Assembly: GCA_965197905.1 (NCBI GenBank)
Contig: CBDAOB010000005.1
Span: 2,528,001-2,592,000 of the forward strand
Origin: Candidatus Latescibacterota bacterium
GTDB taxonomy: Bacteria > Latescibacterota > UBA2968 > UBA8231
Length of the DNA stretch: 64,000 nucleotides
Reading direction: 5' to 3'
Positions 25,886 through 35,471 of this stretch are shown here, in pieces; positions within the stretch are counted from its first letter, which is position 1; every line of letters starts with the position of its first letter. Position numbers and translations under genes: made by a program. The notes under the pieces were generated by a model that was not told the DNA's origin, did no database searches, and saw only the letters and a program-made list of their open reading frames with translations.

Positions 25886-26233
25886 ATGACAGCATCGCCG
25901 CGTAAGCTAGATCAAATTAAGATTCAGACAGCGAGAATGCTAGAGATTTATGCCCTGTTGCAGAAGGAGTTGAACGATGGCACCGGCTTATCCCTCTCGG
26001 GTGCTCAACGGGCCCAGCTGAACATGGCTGTGGAGAAGATCGAAGCCAACATGAAACAGCTGCAGGTTCAATTTGCCAAACAGCAGGAAGATTCTTCCGA
26101 AACCCGCGAGGAATTGGAAGAATTGGACCAGATTCTCAATGCAGTATTGCGCAATGGCACATGGAGGAGGAGCACTAGAGGGAGGCTTGTTCTCCTCCCC
26201 CATCCCTGGCTACCCCTCAGTTCGAAACGGTGA
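25886..26233 (+). CDS. hypothetical helical/coiled-coil protein (3' end uncertain)
   Basis: AAGGGAG RBS; Q/E/L-rich helices; the tail overlaps the convergent FN3 gene by 17 bp. Confidence 0.6.
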   Translation: MTASPRKLDQIKIQTARMLEIYALLQKELNDGTGLSLSGAQRAQLNMAVEKIEANMKQLQVQFAKQQEDSSETREELEELDQILNAVLRNGTWRRSTRGRLVLLPHPWLPLSSKR

Positions 26234-29200
26234 CCGCCAGAGGCGTCGTCCAATCGCTCACCCGACTATCGACGTCACGAGCTCTCACTCTGTAATAGTA
26301 GGTAAGTCCCCTGGTCACCGTGTTGTCTTCCCTGAATAGATTCAGATTGCTGGAACCCACCCCGACATAATCGGCGTCGTTGGTACTGTTGGCGACCGTC
26401 GTACGCTGGACATCGTAGTTCAGTATAGCGCCCGACGAGGCTTCCCAGCGAACGGTAACAACCGGCGATTGGGCGGCGTCCGAAGGTGTCGTTGAAGACA
26501 GCGTGACGTTCGCCGGAACATCGACTCCTCCCGTAGTTGCGGAAATCGTTGTGGATCTGGGGCTGACGTTCCCGTCGGTGTCGGCGGCTTCCACCTCGTA
26601 GAAATATGTAGTCTGCGCTGTCAGTCCGGTGTCCACGAACGAGGTTGCGTTAGAGTTACCAACCAGAGTGAACTGTCCGTCGCTGGCGTCGGAACGGTAG
26701 ATCAAATAACTATCCAACCCGGTAAGAGCCGAGCCATTGGAGTCTGTGATAGGAGCCTTCCAGGTGATACTCAACTGTTCCGGATCTCCTGTGACAGGCC
26801 TTCCCTCGACGAAGGTCGGAGCTGCCGGACCGCGATTGTCCGATTGAACCGTGGCGCCCACGAAAGACGACTGATCGCTTTCGCCATCGGTGGCGACGGC
26901 CGACACGCGATAAAAGAAGGTCGCTCCGCCCGTCAGACCGGAGTCGACGTAGGTGGTCTGTCCGGTGGTGAACGGGGTGTTTTCGACGCCAGTGAGTCGC
27001 GAATATTCCTGGTCGGAACGAGTCGACCGGTAGACGTTGTACCCCTGTAGTTCGCTGTCCGAGCTTGCGCTCCAAGTGACGACGATCTGCTTGATCCCGC
27101 TTGCGGCTCTGACGCCGCCGGGCCGCGAGATCCCCCCCGTCGTCGCGAATACCGATGACGACTGGAAACTGATATTGCCCGTCCCATCGACGGCGCTTAT
27201 GGCATAGAAGTAGGTTGTGGCAGCATCCAGGTCCGAATCGACAAACTGAGTCGTAGTCGCCTCCACCGTGTCGATGGCAACCACGGCTGAAGCGCTGTCC
27301 TTCGATCGCAGAATGATGTAGGACGAAAGATCGGTAAGGGTTCCTCCGTCACTGTCGGCTATGGGTGCGCTCCAATTCAAGGTAACCCGCCCGAAATCGG
27401 ATTTGTCGGGCATGGCCGACAGGTTCTCGGGAGCAGATGGCGCCACCTCGTCGATCAGGACCTCCGCGCTCACAAAGCCCGACTGCTCGCTCTGGGCCGA
27501 CGCGGTAACGGCCACGACCCGGTAGAAGAGACGAGCGCCACCCGTCAGATTAGAATCGATGTAGGTGGTCTGACCGGTGGTAAATGGCGTACCCTCCACG
27601 CCCTGGAGACGGGAGTATCCCTGGTCGGAGCGGGAGGAACGGTACAGATCATACCCTTGAAGGCTCTCGGTGGTCACCGAGGTCCATGTCAATAAGACAC
27701 GGCCGATTCCGCCGAATGCCTGCAGCCCGCTGGGCACCTCAACCCCCTGGGTTTGGGTGAGCACCGACGAAGCCTGACCGCTCTCATTGCCCGAGCTGTC
27801 AAATGCGATCACCGAATAGGCATAGGTCGTCAGTGCCTTCAATCCCGCGTCGACGTAGATCTTCAGCTCTGCACCCAAAGTGTCCAACGCCACGAAAGAG
27901 GTGGTGCCCCCTTCGGAGCGCAGCACCACGTACCCCTCCAACCCGGAAAGCTCGCTTCCATCGGCATCGGTCACCGGCGCGCTCCAGCTCAGGGTCACCC
28001 GACCAAAGTCCGACTCATCCGGCACCGCCGAGAGATTTCCCGGCGATGCTGGCGGCACCTGGTCCGGTCCGTTGGTGCGCACACTTACCGACGCTGCCCG
28101 AGCACTCTGATTGCCGAATGCGTCCACCGCCACTACCGTGTAGAAGTAGGTCTTCGATGGCTCCAAATTGAGATCTTCATACCCCGGCGCGCTTACCTGC
28201 GCCACCTGCACGAACGACGCCGTACCACCCAGTGACCGAAACACCAGATAACCGGTCAAACCGCTGAGCTCGCCACCCCCTGTATCGGTGACAGGAGTGG
28301 TCCAACTCAAGGTCACGCGGCTAAAGTTCGACTCGTCCGGCACCGCCGACAGGTTGCTCGGAGTCGATGGCGGTACCTCGTCCACCAGGACCTCGGCGCT
28401 GACGAACCCGGTCTGAGCACTCTCGGCCGCAGCCGTCACCGCAACGATCCGATAGAAGAAACGAGCGCCACCCGTCAGGTTCGAATCTACGTAGGTCGTC
28501 TGGCCGGTCGTAAACGGGGTGCCTTCCACTCCGGTCAAACGCGCAAACCCCTGATCCGAGCGAGTCGAACGAAAAACGTTATAACCCTGCAGACCCTCCG
28601 CTTGCACCGCCGACCACGACAGCACCACCCGACCAATGCCGCCTTCCGCACGCAGGCCCCCGGGCACCTCAACCCCCCGGGTTTGCGTCAGCACCGCAGA
28701 CGCCTGACCGCTTTCATTGCCGGCATTGTCGAACGCCACCACCGTATACGCATACGTGGTCAGCGCCTTCAACCCCGCATCCACGTAGGTGCGCGCGTCC
28801 GCGCTCAAAGTATCCAGCGCCACGAAAGAGGTGGTGCCCCCTTCCGAACGCAGCACCACGAAACCTGAAAGACCGGAGAGCTCGCCGCCGTCGGCATCGG
28901 TCACCGGAGCGCTCCAACTCAACGTCACCCGACTAAAGTCCGTCTCATCCGGCACCGCCGAGAGATTCCGTGGCGCCGTCGGAGAAACCTCGTCCGAAAC
29001 GACCTCGGCGCTGAAGAACCCGGAGCGATCGCTTTCCGCCGAAGCGGTGACCGCCGTTACCTGGTAAAAAAATCGATCGCCACCTGCCAACCCCGAATCC
29101 ACGAAAGTCGTCTGACCGGTCGTAAATGGCGTGCCTTCCACACCCTGCAGGCGCGCATACCCCTGATCAGAGCGAGTGGAACGATACAGGTTATACCCCT

Positions 29201-32200
29201 GCAGACCCTCCACCTGAACCGCCCTCCACGACAGCACCACCCGACCAATGCCGCCTTGAGCGCTCAAACCACTCGGCACCTCCACCCCTTGGGTCTGCGT
29301 CGATACGGGCGACGCCTGGCCACTCTCGTTGCCCGCATCGTCGAAAGCGATGACGGTATACGCATAGGTGGTCAACGCCTTCAATCCCTCGTCGACGTAG
29401 CTACGCGCAGCCGCTCCAAGCGTATCCAACACCACAAAAGAGGTAGTGCCCCCCTCCGAGCGCAGCACCACGAATCCGGCAAGACCGGAGAGCTCGCCGC
29501 CGCCGGCATCGGTCACCGGCGCGCTCCAGCTCAAGGTCACCCTCCCGAAGTCAGACTCATCCGGCACGGCCGATAGGTTCCGCGGGGCCGTCGGCGAAAC
29601 CTCGTCCGAAACGACCTCCGCGCTGACGAAGCCGGAACGATCGCTTTCCGCCGAAGCGGTAACCGCCGTGACCTGGTAGAAGAATCGATCGCCACCTGCC
29701 AACCCGGAATCCACGAAGGTCGTCTGACCGGTCGTAAACGGCGTGCCTTCCACTCCCGTGAGGCGCACATACCCTTGATCCGAGCGAGTGGAACGAAACA
29801 GGTTGTACCCTTGCAACCCCTCCGCTTCTACCGCAGTCCAGGTCAGCACCACTCTGCCTATCTCTCCACCCGCTCGCAAACCCGACGGAATCTGCACGCC
29901 CTGAGTGCGCGTCGACACCGACGAGGCCTGGCCGCTTTCATTGCCGGCGGCGTCGAACGCCACCACGGTATACGCGTAGGTAGTAAGTGCCTTTAAACCT
30001 TCATCCACGTACTCACGAACTCCGACCGTGAGGGTATCCACGACGACGAACGATGCCGTGCCGCCTTCCGACCGCAACACCACAAAACCTTCCAACCCGG
30101 TCAACTCGCCCCCATCCGCATCCAACACAGGTGCGGTCCAACTCAAGGTCACGCGGCCAAAGTTCGACTCATCCGATATTGCGGATAGATTCCCGGGCGC
30201 ACGCGGCGGCACTTCGTCCGCCAGCACCTCGGCGCTCACGAACCCCGACTGCACGCTTTCCGCCAAGGCCGTCACCGCCACCACGCGGTAGAAGAAGCGG
30301 GCGCCGCCGGTCAAGTTCGAATCCACATAGGTCGTCTGACCGGTCGTAAACGGGGTGCCCTCCACTCCGGTCAGCCGGGCATATCCCAGATCCGAACGGG
30401 TCGAACGAAAAACGTTGTACCCCTGCAGACCCTCCACCTGAACCGTCCTCCACGACAGCACCACCCGACCAATGCCGCCCTGAGCGCTCAACCCACTCGG
30501 CACCTCCACCCCTTGGGTCTGCGTCGATACGGGCGACGCCTGACCGCTTTCGTTGCCCGCATCGTCGAAGGCGATGACGGTATAGGCGTAGGTGGTCAGC
30601 GCCTTCAATCCCTGGTCGACGTAGCTCCGCACTTCCGCTCCAAGCGTATCCAGCACCACAAAAGAGGTGGTGCCCCCCTCCGACCGCAGCACCACGAAAC
30701 CTGAAAGACCGGAGAGCTCGCCGCCGTCGGCATCGGTCACCGGCGCGCTCCAGCTCAAGGTCACCCTCCCGAAGTCAGACTCATCCGGCACGGCCGATAG
30801 GTTCCGCGGGGCCGTCGGCGAAACCTCGTCCGAAACGACCTCCGCGCTTACGAAACCGGAGCGATCGCTTTCAGCGGAAGCAATGACCGCCGTTACCTGG
30901 TAAAAGAATCGATCGCCGCCTGCTAACCCAGAATCCACGAAGGTCGTCTGACCGGTCGTAAACGGCGTGCCTTCCACGCCCGTCAGGCGGGCATACCCCT
31001 GATCCGAGCGGGTGGAACGAAAAAGGTTATACCCCCGCAACCCTTCCTCCTCTACCGCAGTCCACGTCAGCACCACTCTGCCTATGTCTCCACCCGCCTG
31101 CAAGCCCGACGGAATCTCCACTCCCTGAGTGCGCGTCTCCACCGCCGCAGCCTGGCCGCTTTCATTACCTGAGCCGTCGAACGCCACCACGGTATACGCG
31201 TAGGTAGTCAGCGCTTTTAGATCTTCATCCACGTATTCGCGAACGCCGGCCGAAAGGGTGTCAACCGCTATGAAAGAAGCGGTGCCACCTTCCGAGCGCA
31301 GCACCACGAAACCTTCCAACCCGGTCAGCTCGCCCCCATCCGCATCGGTCACCGGAGCACTCCAACTCAAAGTCACCCGGCCGAAGTTCGACTCATCCGG
31401 TATCGCGGACAGATTCCCAGGCGCCCGCGGCGGCACCTCATCGCTGCGAGCCGTGGCACCTACGAATCCGGTTTGTTGACTGATGAGACCGTCGCTGCCA
31501 ACCGCCTCCACCCGGTAAAAGAATTGGCTCTCCGCTACGAGACCCGAATCGACGTAGGAGGTCTGGCCCGTGGTGAACGGGGTCCCCTCAAGACCGACAA
31601 GCCGGACATATCCCGTGTCTGATCGCGTCGACCTGTAGACGTTGTATCCGAGAAGCTCGGCTGCTTCCGTCGCTTCCCACTGGAGGATGATACGGCCGAT
31701 TTCACCGATGGCCGCCAACCTCGTCGGCGACGGCAGGCCTTGAGTCCGGGTCCGGCTCGACGCGGCCAACTGACTCTCGTTGCCGGCGTCGTCGAACGCC
31801 ATGACCGAGTAGGAGTAGTCGGTCAGCGCCTTCAAACCCACGTCTATGTACTCCCGGATACCGGCACCTAGGGTGTCGACGGGCGCCAATCCTCCCGTTC
31901 CGACCTCGGATCGGAAAACCACGAATCCGGCCAACCCGGTAAGTTCGCCGCCGTCGGCGTCGAGAGTGGGCGGGCTCCAGCGCAGAACGATGCGGCCCAC
32001 TTGGCTTTCATCCGCGACTGCAGATAGATTTTGTGGCGCCTGTGGCGGGATGTTGTCGGAAAGTACTGTTGCACCTACGAATCCTGACAACTCGCTGACG
32101 TGACCGGTGGTATCTACGGCGGCGACGCGATAGAAGAAGGTCTGTCCTGCCGCAGCCACCGAATCGATAAAGGTGGTTTTCCCGGTGCTTATGCGGGTAG

Positions 32201-32474
32201 TGGAATCTTCACCGGCTGCCACGAACCCGTACTCCCCATCGGAGCGAACAGCGCGATACACGGCATAGCCGGCGAGGTCTTGATCGTCGACCGGCTGCCA
32301 ACTCAGCAGGACGCGATTTACTCCGGCCTCGGCCACAAGCCCTTGCGGCGTAGCCGGTCGCTCATCGATGCGGCTTGATTCCGGATCGATCGGGTTGCTG
32401 CGCTGTCGATCGCAACCGTGCAGGCCGACCGCAAGCAGCGCTGTCGAGATTAGAAGGAGGTGATGACGGTTCAT
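26217..32474 (-). CDS. giant lipoprotein made of about 20 fibronectin type III domains
   Basis: Lipobox LHGC; repeated P-x-x-L-x-A...L-x-W...GY/F-x-(V/L)-x-RS...(Y/F)VD..L....Y-x-Y-x-V-x-A FN3 pattern along the whole length. Confidence 0.92.
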   Translation of the reverse strand: MNRHHLLLISTALLAVGLHGCDRQRSNPIDPESSRIDERPATPQGLVAEAGVNRVLLSWQPVDDQDLAGYAVYRAVRSDGEYGFVAAGEDSTTRISTGKTTFIDSVAAAGQTFFYRVAAVDTTGHVSELSGFVGATVLSDNIPPQAPQNLSAVADESQVGRIVLRWSPPTLDADGGELTGLAGFVVFRSEVGTGGLAPVDTLGAGIREYIDVGLKALTDYSYSVMAFDDAGNESQLAASSRTRTQGLPSPTRLAAIGEIGRIILQWEATEAAELLGYNVYRSTRSDTGYVRLVGLEGTPFTTGQTSYVDSGLVAESQFFYRVEAVGSDGLISQQTGFVGATARSDEVPPRAPGNLSAIPDESNFGRVTLSWSAPVTDADGGELTGLEGFVVLRSEGGTASFIAVDTLSAGVREYVDEDLKALTTYAYTVVAFDGSGNESGQAAAVETRTQGVEIPSGLQAGGDIGRVVLTWTAVEEEGLRGYNLFRSTRSDQGYARLTGVEGTPFTTGQTTFVDSGLAGGDRFFYQVTAVIASAESDRSGFVSAEVVSDEVSPTAPRNLSAVPDESDFGRVTLSWSAPVTDADGGELSGLSGFVVLRSEGGTTSFVVLDTLGAEVRSYVDQGLKALTTYAYTVIAFDDAGNESGQASPVSTQTQGVEVPSGLSAQGGIGRVVLSWRTVQVEGLQGYNVFRSTRSDLGYARLTGVEGTPFTTGQTTYVDSNLTGGARFFYRVVAVTALAESVQSGFVSAEVLADEVPPRAPGNLSAISDESNFGRVTLSWTAPVLDADGGELTGLEGFVVLRSEGGTASFVVVDTLTVGVREYVDEGLKALTTYAYTVVAFDAAGNESGQASSVSTRTQGVQIPSGLRAGGEIGRVVLTWTAVEAEGLQGYNLFRSTRSDQGYVRLTGVEGTPFTTGQTTFVDSGLAGGDRFFYQVTAVTASAESDRSGFVSAEVVSDEVSPTAPRNLSAVPDESDFGRVTLSWSAPVTDAGGGELSGLAGFVVLRSEGGTTSFVVLDTLGAAARSYVDEGLKALTTYAYTVIAFDDAGNESGQASPVSTQTQGVEVPSGLSAQGGIGRVVLSWRAVQVEGLQGYNLYRSTRSDQGYARLQGVEGTPFTTGQTTFVDSGLAGGDRFFYQVTAVTASAESDRSGFFSAEVVSDEVSPTAPRNLSAVPDETDFSRVTLSWSAPVTDADGGELSGLSGFVVLRSEGGTTSFVALDTLSADARTYVDAGLKALTTYAYTVVAFDNAGNESGQASAVLTQTRGVEVPGGLRAEGGIGRVVLSWSAVQAEGLQGYNVFRSTRSDQGFARLTGVEGTPFTTGQTTYVDSNLTGGARFFYRIVAVTAAAESAQTGFVSAEVLVDEVPPSTPSNLSAVPDESNFSRVTLSWTTPVTDTGGGELSGLTGYLVFRSLGGTASFVQVAQVSAPGYEDLNLEPSKTYFYTVVAVDAFGNQSARAASVSVRTNGPDQVPPASPGNLSAVPDESDFGRVTLSWSAPVTDADGSELSGLEGYVVLRSEGGTTSFVALDTLGAELKIYVDAGLKALTTYAYSVIAFDSSGNESGQASSVLTQTQGVEVPSGLQAFGGIGRVLLTWTSVTTESLQGYDLYRSSRSDQGYSRLQGVEGTPFTTGQTTYIDSNLTGGARLFYRVVAVTASAQSEQSGFVSAEVLIDEVAPSAPENLSAMPDKSDFGRVTLNWSAPIADSDGGTLTDLSSYIILRSKDSASAVVAIDTVEATTTQFVDSDLDAATTYFYAISAVDGTGNISFQSSSVFATTGGISRPGGVRAASGIKQIVVTWSASSDSELQGYNVYRSTRSDQEYSRLTGVENTPFTTGQTTYVDSGLTGGATFFYRVSAVATDGESDQSSFVGATVQSDNRGPAAPTFVEGRPVTGDPEQLSITWKAPITDSNGSALTGLDSYLIYRSDASDGQFTLVGNSNATSFVDTGLTAQTTYFYEVEAADTDGNVSPRSTTISATTGGVDVPANVTLSSTTPSDAAQSPVVTVRWEASSGAILNYDVQRTTVANSTNDADYVGVGSSNLNLFREDNTVTRGLTYYYRVRARDVDSRVSDWTTPLAVTVSN
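26835..32051 (-). repeat. intragenic tandem repeat, 612-bp (204-aa, two-FN3) unit
   Basis: The TTGQT-coding anchor recurs at 31566, 30951, 30339, 29727, 29115, 28503, 27573 and 26961 (spacings 615, 612, 612, 612, 612, 930, 612). Confidence 0.95.
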
Positions 32475-32560
32475 TTCACTCCCGGATTCTGATCACAAAC
32501 CGAACCGACCGGTGGTATCGGGCAGGCGATGTAAGTCATGTGTAGGGAGAGAGAACAGAG

Positions 32561-33031
32561 CTAGAAAAACCGCCGCGCGCGCGCCAGCTCCAGCTCCACA
32601 CCCCGCATTTCCGCAGGACCCGAAAGAACCCAGGTCCCGCCGGGGCGGCTATTCGGTTCGCTTTGGCCGCGCAACAACAGCCTTGCTCCGCTGATTGCGA
32701 AGGCGGCGGACAGCGCCCAGCTGACCTGGCTTTTGATGTCGCGATTGTTCGTTCGACGGTAGAGGCGACTCGCCTCTTCTGCCCTGTCGGCCTTCTTGTA
32801 ACGCGCGTAGAGGTCGTCGGCGTCGCGGTGAAGATCCAATCCCTTTTTGGCCAAAACAAAGCTGCCCGTGAGGAGAAACGCCCCAAGGGTGCGGCGGGGG
32901 GTGATGAGTTCCTCAGTGGCTCCCGGAACCGCTCCCAGGGCGATCAGCGAGATCGCGACTAGCAAAATGCCGCAACCTCGCAGCCCGCGGGGGGGGACGA
33001 CTGCTTCATAGATCTCCAGGGTAGATTTCAT
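32561..33031 (-). CDS. hypothetical exported/membrane protein upstream of the FN3 lipoprotein
   Basis: Signal-like hydrophobic segment, then hydrophobic helix / charged helical hairpin (ADDLYARYKKA...) / hydrophobic helix, ending in RRFF. Confidence 0.6.
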   Translation of the reverse strand: MKSTLEIYEAVVPPRGLRGCGILLVAISLIALGAVPGATEELITPRRTLGAFLLTGSFVLAKKGLDLHRDADDLYARYKKADRAEEASRLYRRTNNRDIKSQVSWALSAAFAISGARLLLRGQSEPNSRPGGTWVLSGPAEMRGVELELARARRFF

Positions 33032-33043
33032 GGGTTAAACGTA

Positions 33044-33072
33044 AGGTTAGCGACGTTGGTGAACTTTGTCAA
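33044..33072 (-). promoter_or_regulatory. sigma70-type promoter, divergent from lexA
   Basis: Minus strand TTGACA-17 bp-TAACCT. Confidence 0.6.
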
Positions 33073-33154
33073 CCGATGCGTTTCTTTCTGTTAAAACTTG
33101 AGGTTATGGCGTTTTTGAGGTCAGGGAATTCGAGGCAAAACGAAACCACGGCGC

Positions 33155-33185
33155 TTGACAATTGAACGGATGTGCAGTATATATT
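33155..33185 (+). promoter_or_regulatory. lexA promoter with a candidate SOS box in the spacer
   Basis: TTGACA at 33155 and TATATA(TT) at 33178; the spacer contains TGAAC-GGAT-GTGCA (33163-33176). Confidence 0.6.
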
Positions 33186-33267
33186 GGGGCAGTAGCTCAG
33201 TTGTTCACTAAGAGGCCGACTGTGCATTTTGGTACCTGCACGTTTCGACAGCGAAGGAGCAGAGGAC

Positions 33268-33893
33268 ATGCGCAAACAGCTAACTGACCGCCAGCAAGCC
33301 ATTTTCGACTTTATCGTCGAAACTGTTGGACTTCGCGGGGCCCCTCCCACTATTCGTGAGATTATGGACGAATTTGCCATCAGCTCGACCAACGGGGTGC
33401 GTACGACCTTGGCAGCCCTGGAGAAGAAGGGCACATTCGGCGCCACCCCCGCTTGTCCAGAGGTATCGAATTGGTCGATCACGTGGAACAGACGACGCTC
33501 TCGACCGAGGTAACCTCGATTCCCCTGGTCGGCCGGATCGCCGCGGGCGAGCCGATCCTGGCGACCGGCAATGTAGAGGACACCCTGCAGGTCGATAACA
33601 CCTTCCTGCCGGCCTCCGGTGAGGTGTTCGCGTTGCGCGTTCACGGGGAAAGCATGAGGGATAAGGGTATTCTCAACGGGGACATCGTGTTGGCCCGGCA
33701 CCAGGAGGATGCGGAACGCGGCGACATAATCGTCGCACTCATCGACGATGAGGCTACCGTCAAGACCTACAGTCCCGAAGCAGATTGCATCGAGCTGATT
33801 CCCGCCAACGACACCTTTCGACCCATCGTCGTAACCCCAGAGGACAACTTTCGCATCGCCGGAGTCGTCGTCAGCTTGATGCGTCGCATCTAG
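33268..33893 (+). pseudogene. lexA: LexA repressor split by a 1-nt frameshift near 33430 (real lesion or sequencing error)
   Basis: One frame gives the wHTH LTDRQQAIFDFI...PPTIREI...SSTNGV...LEKKG. Another gives HIRRHPRLSRGIEL...IPLVGRIAAGEP (Ala-Gly cleavage site), GESM (Ser) and EATVK (Lys). Adding one base at AAGGGCAC fuses them. Confidence 0.9.
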
Positions 33894-34084
33894 CAACATG
33901 CCGAGCTGAGATAAGCCGATTCCGACCATTCAGCTCAGTTAAGAGGGCCCTGCGGCGTCGACCCGAATCTCACCCCCAGATCTCCTTCCCTGATTCAATC
34001 CCAGCAGCTACGTTAAGTGGGTAATTGCGCCTGGTGATGCAACCCAGCCAGGCGGCGCGAGGAGCAATCAGCCAACGCCGAGAC

Positions 34085-35425
34085 ATGACGACTGTAAACG
34101 AAAATCCGAAGAGCCGCCGCGACGCCAATGCCATATTCGAATCCGCCCTGGCCGCGGCCGATCCGGGCAGGTGCGTGGCGCGAGTCGTTAGCTCCGAAGA
34201 GGCTCACGTCCGCTTGGGCGATGAACGATTGAACTTGGCGCAGGTCTCACAGATCGTGGTGGTGGGAGCCGGCAAAGCCACACCGGCAATGGCGGTGAGT
34301 CTCGAGGAAATACTTGGAGATCGTATCTCGGTAGGGACGATCAATACCAAATATGGCCACGCTCTGCCGCTCAGTCGCATTGAAACCGTTGAATGTGGTC
34401 ATCCAATCCCGGACGCCGCCGGAGTTCGTGGCACCGAGCGCATGCGACAATACCTTTCGCACCTGGATGAGGCCGCCCTGGTTATCGCCCTCTTCTCGGG
34501 CGGGGGTTCGGCCTTGATGCCTGCACCCGTCGATGGCGTCACTCTCGCGGAAAAGCAGGATACAACGAAGGCACTCCTCGACTGCGGAGCGACCATCGAC
34601 GAGCTCAACGCGCTGCGGAAACATCTGTCGACGATCAAAGGCGGAAGAATGTCACGCCTCGCTTACCCCGCCACTATCCACTCCCTTGTGCTTTCGGATG
34701 TCATTGGAGATCAGCTGGATACCATCGCGTCGGGTCCAACTCACCCTGATTCTAGCAGTTTCGCTGACTGCGTGGGGATTGCCAAACGCTATGATATCTA
34801 CGACGAGCTTCCCGCTTCGGTTCGACGGCACCTGGAGTCGGGCATGACCGGAGCGATAGCCGAGACCCCGGGGCCGGACGACGAATGTTTCGACCGAACC
34901 TACACGAGGGTGGTAGGCAACAACAGCTTGGCGATCGAAGCCGCCCAGGAAACCGCCTACGGGTTGGGATACCGAACCCTGGTGCTATCCACCCGCCTCC
35001 AGGGTGAGGCTCGTGAGGTAGCAACCATGCTCGCCGCCGTTGCCCAGGAAATCAGCACCGCGAACCAGCCGGTCTGCGCGCCCGCATGCGTTATCAGCGG
35101 CGGAGAGACCACGGTAACCATGCGCGGCGATGGCAAAGGCGGCCGCAATCAGGAGCTCGCCCTCGCGGCGGCCGTCGCCCTCGACGGATGGAACGGAGTC
35201 ACCTTGCTTTCGGGCGGCACAGATGGCACAGATGGACCGACCGATGCAGCCGGAGCGATTGTCGACGGCGGAACGCTCGCACGGGCGCGGGAACAGGGAC
35301 TAGAAGCACAGTCATTTCTCAATCGAAACGACTCATATCATTTCTTCAGTGAGCTCGGGGAGCTCGTCATTACCGGACCCACCAATACGAACGTGATGGA
35401 TCTGCAGATCCTCCTGGTAAACTGA
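34085..35425 (+). CDS. glycerate 2-kinase (GckA/TtuD, MOFRL family)
   Basis: VGAGKA, GHPIPD, SGGGSALMP, LSDVIGD...IASGPT, SGGETTV...GGRNQE, GTDGTDG, TGPTNTNVMD. Confidence 0.93.
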   Translation: MTTVNENPKSRRDANAIFESALAAADPGRCVARVVSSEEAHVRLGDERLNLAQVSQIVVVGAGKATPAMAVSLEEILGDRISVGTINTKYGHALPLSRIETVECGHPIPDAAGVRGTERMRQYLSHLDEAALVIALFSGGGSALMPAPVDGVTLAEKQDTTKALLDCGATIDELNALRKHLSTIKGGRMSRLAYPATIHSLVLSDVIGDQLDTIASGPTHPDSSSFADCVGIAKRYDIYDELPASVRRHLESGMTGAIAETPGPDDECFDRTYTRVVGNNSLAIEAAQETAYGLGYRTLVLSTRLQGEAREVATMLAAVAQEISTANQPVCAPACVISGGETTVTMRGDGKGGRNQELALAAAVALDGWNGVTLLSGGTDGTDGPTDAAGAIVDGGTLARAREQGLEAQSFLNRNDSYHFFSELGELVITGPTNTNVMDLQILLVN

Positions 35426-35436
35426 CGGTCTGCGCC

Positions 35437-35465
35437 TTGACACCTCGATGGCGTTCCGTTAGAAT
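35437..35465 (+). promoter_or_regulatory. sigma70-type promoter, predicted TSS at or near the start codon
   Basis: TTGACA-17 bp-TAGAAT; the GTG start begins 7 nt after the -10 element. Confidence 0.75.
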
Positions 35466-35471
35466 CAAACA

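Noticed and set aside
26835..32051. Long repeats as CRISPR array or mobile element
   Set aside because: Units are 612 bp, in frame and inside one ORF; no spacers, cas genes or transposase.
33903..33936. GAGCTGA...TCAGCTC hairpin after lexA
   Set aside because: Long loop and no U tract; cannot be called a terminator or ncRNA.
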